Below, in pieces: positions 46,686-52,694 of a stretch of DNA of 52,694 bases. The notes under the pieces are model-generated. The model was not told the DNA's origin. It made no database searches and saw only the letters and a list, made by a program, of their open reading frames with translations. Made by a program: the position numbers and the translations under genes. The stretch is from positions 1 to 52,694 of the forward strand of contig JBDSYA010000213.1 in NCBI GenBank assembly GCA_039925865.1. The letters are read 5' to 3'. This stretch comes from Ignavibacteria bacterium (GTDB lineage Bacteria > Bacteroidota > Ignavibacteria > Tepidaquicellales > Tepidaquicellaceae). The number at the start of each line of letters is the position of its first letter. Position 1 is the stretch's first letter.

Positions 46686-47162
46686 ATGGAAGAAAGAGCG
46701 TATAAATATAAATTAGATTATTATTATAAGTCTTTAATAATTTATCTGATAACGCTTATTGCTTACATTCTTATTAAAGGAAATTTTTCACATGAGACAT
46801 TTGAAGTTGTAGTAAAAGATCCAATAATATACATAATTTTTATTTTCATCGGATTTTTTTTAATAGTTCTGATAGCAAATGCAATACGGGCGAGACAAAT
46901 AATATTTAATGAAAAGAAAATAGTTTTCAAAAACAGATTCGGACAAAGAGAGATCGCCTTCAACGAAATACTCCAGGTGCGGTTTTCAAGACCTAAAAGG
47001 CTTTCAAAAGAAGAAAGAAGTGAAGTAAGAATTGTTAAATTAAAATTACAGAACAGAAAAAGATTTTTAAGAGTGAGGCTGAATGATTTTCAGAATGAGA
47101 AACAGCTGATAAGTGAATTCAGGAATATTTCAAAGAAAATTACTGCTAAAGTATATGAGTGA
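46686..47162 (+). CDS. Small two-TM protein with basic C-terminal domain, inserted between murG and murC
   Basis: ATG abuts the murG TAA, and its stop overlaps the murC ATG by 8 nt. TM segments LIIYLITLIAYILI and IIYIIFIFIGFFLIVLIANAI. Confidence 0.55.
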   Translation: MEERAYKYKLDYYYKSLIIYLITLIAYILIKGNFSHETFEVVVKDPIIYIIFIFIGFFLIVLIANAIRARQIIFNEKKIVFKNRFGQREIAFNEILQVRFSRPKRLSKEERSEVRIVKLKLQNRKRFLRVRLNDFQNEKQLISEFRNISKKITAKVYE

Positions 47163-48549
47163 AGAGACGGACATTTTTGAGGGTGTAAGAAAAGTTCATC
47201 TGATCGGTGTTGGCGGGATCGGTATGAGCGGAATAGCTGAATACCTTGCCAGGAAAAAATACATAGTTTCAGGGAGTGATTTAACTAAAAGCTTAATAAC
47301 AAAGAGGCTCACAAAATTCGGAGTTTTAATATCGGAAGGACATGTCGAAATGAATCTTCCTGATGATGCTGAACTTGTGATATATACCTCGGCTGTAACG
47401 GAAGATAATCCGGAATTTTTAAAAGCAAAAAAAACCAACAAGAAATTAGTTAAAAGAGCAGAAGCACTGGGAAATATAGTTAATAACAAGTTTGTGATCG
47501 CGGTGAGCGGAACTCATGGCAAGACAACAACAAGTGCGATGATCGCAAAGATATTGATTGATAATAAATTTGACCCGACCGTTTTTATCGGAGGAAATCT
47601 CGACTTCCTTGATGGCGGCTCGTCAAGAATTGGCAACAGTGATATAGCAGTTGTAGAGGCTGATGAATACGACAGAAGCTTTCATCAATTGAAGTCCGAC
47701 ATAATAGTAATAACAAATATTGACTCGGATCATTTAGATATTTACAAAGATATAAATGAGATAAAAGATAGTTTTAAGAAATTTGTAAATAACGCTAAGA
47801 AAAATTTACTGGTGATTGCATGCGGAGATGATGAAAATGTCATTGAAGTGCTTAAAGATGTTAAGAATAAATACACATACGGTTTCAAAAAAGAAAACGA
47901 TTACAGTATAGAAGACATTACTTTTGGGAAAAAAGCAGTCAGTTTTATATTGGATAATAATGAAATAAGACTGAGAGTTTTAGGAAAACATAATATTCTT
48001 AATTCATCGGCTGCTTTTTTAGCTGCTAAAAAATTGATGATCGGTGATGACAGGTTTAATGAAAGCATCAAATCTTTTTATGGGGTAAAGAGGCGTCTGG
48101 AGTTGAAGCTTTCAAATGAGATACTGGTTTACGATGATTATGCGCATCATCCGACTGAAGTTGAAGTGACATTAGATGCTCTAAGGAAGAATAATAAGGG
48201 CAGAATAATTACAGTCTTTCAGCCTCATCTTTACACAAGGACAAGAGATCTTTACAGAGAATTTGGAAAAGCATTTGCAGGCAGCGATTTGCTGTATCTT
48301 GCAAAGATATATCCGGCAAGGGAGAAAGTTATTGAAGGAATCACGAGCGAATTAATTCTTACAGAATATAAGAAGTCCGGAAAAGAAGGATGGTATTTTG
48401 AGGATAATAATGCATTACTTGACGAACTGGAATCAATAAAACGACCGGGAGACATAATAATTTTTCAGGGTGCAGGTGATATCATTGATCTTTGCGAAGT
48501 GTTTGTAAACAGAATAAAGATAAAGACAAACGGAAAAGTACCTTTATGA
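47155..48549 (+). CDS. murC: UDP-MurNAc--L-alanine ligase
   Basis: HLIGVGGIGMSGIA and VSGTHGKTTT. ATG at 47155 is preferred over the track's GTG at 47113. Confidence 0.9.
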   Translation: MSEETDIFEGVRKVHLIGVGGIGMSGIAEYLARKKYIVSGSDLTKSLITKRLTKFGVLISEGHVEMNLPDDAELVIYTSAVTEDNPEFLKAKKTNKKLVKRAEALGNIVNNKFVIAVSGTHGKTTTSAMIAKILIDNKFDPTVFIGGNLDFLDGGSSRIGNSDIAVVEADEYDRSFHQLKSDIIVITNIDSDHLDIYKDINEIKDSFKKFVNNAKKNLLVIACGDDENVIEVLKDVKNKYTYGFKKENDYSIEDITFGKKAVSFILDNNEIRLRVLGKHNILNSSAAFLAAKKLMIGDDRFNESIKSFYGVKRRLELKLSNEILVYDDYAHHPTEVEVTLDALRKNNKGRIITVFQPHLYTRTRDLYREFGKAFAGSDLLYLAKIYPAREKVIEGITSELILTEYKKSGKEGWYFEDNNALLDELESIKRPGDIIIFQGAGDIIDLCEVFVNRIKIKTNGKVPL

Positions 48550-49316
48550 GTGTAAAAAAAATAATTTTAATTGTGATAATAATATTTATTGCAGCAGCAG
48601 CACTAATGTCCATAAAATGGAGAAGCGGCAGTAAATTTGAAAAGATAACGATCACCGGAAATTATACAATTACATCAGAAGATATTTTGAATGTATCAAG
48701 ATTGAATGATACATTATTAAATGCAAATGAAGTTAATATAGACATTATACAGGACAGAATATCAAAGCATCCCGAAATAAAAAAAGTTTATGTCAGCAGG
48801 AATTTGCCATCTGAAATTAAGATCGAGATCATTGAAAGGCGCCCAGTTGCAATTCTTAACGGTGAAAATGAAATGAAGCTGATAGATGATGAGCTGGAAG
48901 TATTTCCGTTTAAAAACTTTATTAAACTCTACGACCTGCCTGTAATAAGCGGAGTACGCGTGGAGAACAATCCGAACCATAAGAATAGGTATAATAAAGA
49001 TGATCTTCGACTGGGCCTGTTTTTAATTTTAAACAGTTATAAAGAAAGTAAAACACTTTACAATAATATTTCGGAAGTAAATTTAAATGACAGCAGTAAA
49101 ATCATTATTTATCTTTCTGAAGATTCGAGCCCTTTTTATTTGCCAAGAAATATGAATGCAAATGTTTCAAACCCCGAATATCAGGCATTATTAATTAACA
49201 AGCTCAGGGTCTTTGACTGTTATGTCAGGCAATCACTTAATACACATTTAAAAAAATCTGTAAATTATGTAGATCTCAGATACACAAACCAGGTTGTAGT
49301 TAACTCTAACAATTAA
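48546..49316 (+). CDS. ftsQ: FtsQ-like division protein (POTRA)
   Basis: MSVKKIILIVIIIFIAAAAL anchor, then a POTRA-like region (ITITGNYTITSEDIL). ATG at 48546 overlaps the murC stop. Confidence 0.7.
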   Translation: MSVKKIILIVIIIFIAAAALMSIKWRSGSKFEKITITGNYTITSEDILNVSRLNDTLLNANEVNIDIIQDRISKHPEIKKVYVSRNLPSEIKIEIIERRPVAILNGENEMKLIDDELEVFPFKNFIKLYDLPVISGVRVENNPNHKNRYNKDDLRLGLFLILNSYKESKTLYNNISEVNLNDSSKIIIYLSEDSSPFYLPRNMNANVSNPEYQALLINKLRVFDCYVRQSLNTHLKKSVNYVDLRYTNQVVVNSNN

Positions 49317-49319
49317 AAA

Positions 49320-50603
49320 ATGGCAGTTAAAAGCAGAAAATCAAAAGCTATAAACGATGAAAATATTATTGTCGGGCTTGATGTAGGTACCACGAAGATC
49401 TGTGTCATAGTTGCAAGAATTAAAGACAACAACAGCATGGATATATTAGGAATTGGCAAAGCTCCGTCATTTGGGCTTCACAGAGGAATAGTTGTTAATC
49501 CGAATAAAACTACCGAGTCAATAAAAGCTGCACTCGAAGAGGCAGAATTAAATTCCGGCGTTACTATCAATTCAGTATCAGTCGGAATAGCGGGTCATTA
49601 TATAAGATGTATCCAGTCAAGCAGTATAATAGGAATAAATAACTCAGACAGGATAATTCAGGAAGAGGATATAGCCCGCCTTATTGAACAGGCGAAAATA
49701 ATGAAGCTGCCCAGCGATACAACGATCATTGATGTAATCCCTCAGGAATATGTAATAGACGGTAAGGACGGAATTTTTGAAACACCGGTGGGGATGTTTG
49801 GAATAAAATTAGAAGCAAAAGTAAATATTATTACAGGACTTGTTTCATCGATTGATGATCTTTCAAAATGTGTCACCAGTTGTGGCGTTGACATAGATGA
49901 CATAGTACTTGAGCCAATTGCATCTTCCAATTCAGTACTTGATGAAACTGAAAAGAAAGTTGGAGTAGCAATGATAGATATCGGCGGCGGTACGTCTGAT
50001 ATTGCAGTATTCAAAAAAGGGGTTTTAAAATATACGGCCGGTATTGGCATCGCAGGAAATCTTGTAACAAATGATATTGTGGAAGCTTTGGGAATTTCCG
50101 AAAATGAAGCAGAAAGGATCAAGAGAGAGTATGGATATGCAATGGTTTCAGAAATACTTAATGATGAAGAAATAATAGTACAATCTATTAAAGGTAAAAT
50201 TCCAAAAGTAACAAGCAAAAGTATACTTGCCAGAATAATTCAGGCCAGGATGCAGGATATATTTGAATTGTCGGCAATAGAAATTCAGAATTCACAAATT
50301 GCAAAGGAACTACATGCGGGAGTAGTAATAACCGGCGGCGGTTCTTTGATCAAAGGAACGAAAGAGTTAGCGGAAGACATACTGGGAATGGAAGTGAATC
50401 TAGGAATTCCTACCGGGTTAACCGGAGGTTTGATAAAAGAAGTTGAAAACCCGATCTTTGCAACCGGTGTAGGACTGGTGCTTCACAGGCTAAAGACAAT
50501 GAATGATAAAAATAAATTTTATGAGATCAGAAAAGGCAACAAAAAATCTATAAGTATGACAAACATATTCAAGAAGATCAAGGAATGGTTTGATGAGCTA
50601 TAG
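49320..50603 (+). CDS. ftsA: Cell division protein FtsA
   Basis: Actin-fold motifs GLDVGTTKICV, IDIGGGTSDIAVF, VITGGGS. C-terminal amphipathic helix IFKKIKEWFDEL. Confidence 0.9.
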   Translation: MAVKSRKSKAINDENIIVGLDVGTTKICVIVARIKDNNSMDILGIGKAPSFGLHRGIVVNPNKTTESIKAALEEAELNSGVTINSVSVGIAGHYIRCIQSSSIIGINNSDRIIQEEDIARLIEQAKIMKLPSDTTIIDVIPQEYVIDGKDGIFETPVGMFGIKLEAKVNIITGLVSSIDDLSKCVTSCGVDIDDIVLEPIASSNSVLDETEKKVGVAMIDIGGGTSDIAVFKKGVLKYTAGIGIAGNLVTNDIVEALGISENEAERIKREYGYAMVSEILNDEEIIVQSIKGKIPKVTSKSILARIIQARMQDIFELSAIEIQNSQIAKELHAGVVITGGGSLIKGTKELAEDILGMEVNLGIPTGLTGGLIKEVENPIFATGVGLVLHRLKTMNDKNKFYEIRKGNKKSISMTNIFKKIKEWFDEL

Positions 50604-50697
50604 TGAATGGTGAATAAAAATTTTACAAATTAAATTCAAATTTTTTAAAAAAATTTTATCTCTTATAATATAATTTAAGAAGAAAGGAAAATTAAAA

Positions 50698-51942
50698 ATG
50701 CCAATTAGAATTGTTCCCAGTAATCAGAACGGTGCAAAGATAAGAGTTGTCGGAGTGGGAGGCGGAGGCGGAAATATATTAAACGCAATGATGGACAAGG
50801 GAATCGAAGGAGTTGAATTTATCGCGATCAATACAGATGTACAGGCTTTGGATACCAACAAAGCGGCCATTAAAATACAGATCGGAAAAAGCCTTACAAA
50901 AGGTCTTGGCGCAGGTATGGATGATGAGATCGGTTACCGGGCTGTTGAAGAAAGCAGAAATGAGATAGAGGAAGTTTTGACGGGAAGTGATATGATCTTT
51001 GTAACAGCAGGCATGGGTAAAGGAACGGGTACAGGCGGCGCCCCTGCAGTTGCAAGAATTGCTAAAGGTTTGGGTGTGCTGGTTGTAGCAATTGTAACAA
51101 AGCCGTTTAATTTTGAAGGCCGGCCGAAAATGGATCTTGCGATGAAAGGTCTGGAAAAATTGAAAAATGAAGTTGACAGTATGATAGTAATTCCAAATCA
51201 GAATATTGTAAGGCTTATTAATAAAGATGCGAATAAGGACGAGGCATTTGAACTTGCAAACAGGGTCCTATATAATGCAACGAGAGGAATTTCACAGATC
51301 ATAACGCGTCCCGGGGAAATCAACGTTGACTTTGCGGATGTAAGGACAATCATGAAAGATATGGGCGATGCAATGATAGGAACCGGAATTGCAAGCGGAG
51401 AAGGCAGAGCAGAGAGAGCAGCAAAAGATGCACTATCAAATCCGGTACTTGATGAAATTAATATAGAAGGGGCAAAGTGCGTACTTGCAAATATATGCGG
51501 AGGCAAAGATCTGAAATTTCATGAAGTTGAAAAGATCAATGAAATAATTCAAAAAACTGTCGGCGAAGATGCAAAATATATTTTTGGGTTGGCAGAAGAC
51601 TCAAAATTGGGTGAAGAGATAATGGTAACAGTTATTGCAACAGGCTTCAGTAAAAAAGAAAAGCTTTCAATAACTGCCGAACAAAAAAGGGAAAGAGAAG
51701 AGAAATTTTACGCAGGATATGAACAGCAAAAGGGCCGGATCACAAGCATGCCATCTGTTGATGAATTAAGCCAGCTGGATAAGCCCGGATTTATCAGACG
51801 CGAAATAAAATTAAATGAAGATCTTAGTGAAGATGTGAAAAAAATCAAGATTGAAATTGAAGATGATGATTTCGGATTTGATGATCTGAAGATTGAAGAT
51901 GATTTTTCCAAACCGGCATTTCTCCGCAGACAGATGGACTAG
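50698..51942 (+). CDS. ftsZ: Cell division GTPase FtsZ
   Basis: GVGGGGGN, TAGMGKGTGTGGAPV-like T4 loop, NVDFADV, C-terminal peptide DFSKPAFLRRQ. Confidence 0.97.
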   Translation: MPIRIVPSNQNGAKIRVVGVGGGGGNILNAMMDKGIEGVEFIAINTDVQALDTNKAAIKIQIGKSLTKGLGAGMDDEIGYRAVEESRNEIEEVLTGSDMIFVTAGMGKGTGTGGAPAVARIAKGLGVLVVAIVTKPFNFEGRPKMDLAMKGLEKLKNEVDSMIVIPNQNIVRLINKDANKDEAFELANRVLYNATRGISQIITRPGEINVDFADVRTIMKDMGDAMIGTGIASGEGRAERAAKDALSNPVLDEINIEGAKCVLANICGGKDLKFHEVEKINEIIQKTVGEDAKYIFGLAEDSKLGEEIMVTVIATGFSKKEKLSITAEQKREREEKFYAGYEQQKGRITSMPSVDELSQLDKPGFIRREIKLNEDLSEDVKKIKIEIEDDDFGFDDLKIEDDFSKPAFLRRQMD

Positions 51943-51944
51943 TT

Positions 51945-52007
51945 GTAGAGTGTGTAGAGTGTGTAGAGTGTGTAGAGTGTGTAGAGTGTTTAGAGTGAGT
52001 AGATTTT
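51945..52007. repeat. Tandem 9-mer array (GTAGAGTGT: 5 perfect and 2 degenerate units)
   Basis: Read directly from the sequence. It starts 3 nt after the ftsZ stop. Confidence 0.95.
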
Positions 52008-52034
52008 TAGAATTAATAAACTTCGCAAGTAAGG

Positions 52035-52251
52035 ATACTCAATACTGAATACTCAATACTGAATACTCAATACTGAATACTCAATACTCAATACTCAATA
52101 CTCAATACTCAATACTCAATACTCAATACTGAATACTCAATACTGAATACTCAATACTCAATACTCAATACTGAATACTCAATACTGAATACTCAATACT
52201 CAATACTCAATACTGAATACTCAATACACAATACTGAATACTGAATACTCA
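52035..52251. repeat. Tandem heptamer array, 31 units of ATACTCA/ATACTGA
   Basis: Counted directly. The C/G variant order shows a duplicated 42-nt super-unit (52126-52167 equals 52168-52209). One ATACACA variant is present. Confidence 0.95.
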
Positions 52252-52694
52252 ATTATAATTGATCCATCTTCTGACAACGAATCTTTTGCCGTCAGTAGAA
52301 TTCCAGTCACTAACGGGAATTCTTTCATTCATTACACTTTTCAATCTGCCTTGAAGATCACTCTTATGTACGCCCTGTGCAGGAGTACTTTCGATAACCA
52401 TATTATTTTCAAGAACTATTATGACGTGTCCGCTCCAGGCGATCAGATCAAGAGGCTGAAGCATATCAAAGATCTGTGAAGAATTCTTTCCGGAGATATC
52501 CAGTCCTTCACCGTAATTAATTAAAGATGAAGTATTTCTAGGAGTGCTCCCGTTTGTTGCCTGATACACAAGCCCTGAACAATCCACACCTTTAAGACAC
52601 CACAGATCCCTTGTATGATCCTGCAATTCATTTTTCGGTTTGTAAAAATCCAATAATTGTTCGATACCGTTTCCGTAGTTTCCTCCCCACATAT
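52249..52694 (-). CDS. NlpC/P60-family cysteine peptidase, C-terminal part (probably continues beyond the window)
   Basis: GVDCSGLV catalytic Cys context and downstream SGHVIIV His. Its stop TGA overlaps the last heptamer unit. Confidence 0.6.
   Translation of the reverse strand, partial: MWGGNYGNGIEQLLDFYKPKNELQDHTRDLWCLKGVDCSGLVYQATNGSTPRNTSSLINYGEGLDISGKNSSQIFDMLQPLDLIAWSGHVIIVLENNMVIESTPAQGVHKSDLQGRLKSVMNERIPVSDWNSTDGKRFVVRRWINYN

Noticed and set aside
47113-47154. GTG-extended murC start, and similarly the ftsQ extension at 48492-48545
   Set aside because: The extensions overlap the preceding genes by 50-58 nt and add non-conserved residues. The ATGs at 47155 and 48546 give typical short overlaps.
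52035-52251. Heptamer array as a CRISPR array
   Set aside because: The units are 7 nt and contiguous with no spacers, and there is no cas gene in the window.

Overview
Low-GC (~33%) bacterial chromosome segment. PorX-like regulator, Lpt genes and usable Shine-Dalgarno sites suggest an Ignavibacteria-like member of the FCB group (low-confidence guess). Most of it is housekeeping. It holds tsaB-tsaE-porX, rlmD, kdsD-lptC-OstA, mutS, an ECF sigma, an rlmN-adk fusion ORF, STAS-exbB-exbD-exbD, two TPM genes and an HD gene. It also holds an ABC-2 exporter, fbp, a persulfide-dioxygenase/rhodanese/YeiH sulfur module, asnS and a complete dcw cluster (mraZ to ftsZ, 35127-51942). Three things stand out. 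(1) A five-gene minus-strand module (7833-12238) encodes a coiled-coil protein, a YdjI-type SPFH+SHOCT protein and three paralogous zinc-ribbon proteins, two of them membrane-anchored. It has no enzyme, NfeD or PspA gene, and it is my best candidate for an undescribed membrane-associated system. (2) A ~1.5 kb IS110-family element (about 33320-34829) sits inside the right inverted repeat of a GIY-YIG cassette. Its 3' non-coding end folds into a bridge/seek-RNA-like loop whose two strands match both flanks of its own insertion site. (3) Short-period tandem arrays (7-, 9- and 10-mers) lie 3' of ftsZ, asnS and the sigma gene and share sequence words. No tRNA, rRNA or CRISPR was seen. All family calls rest on motif recognition by eye; no searches were run.
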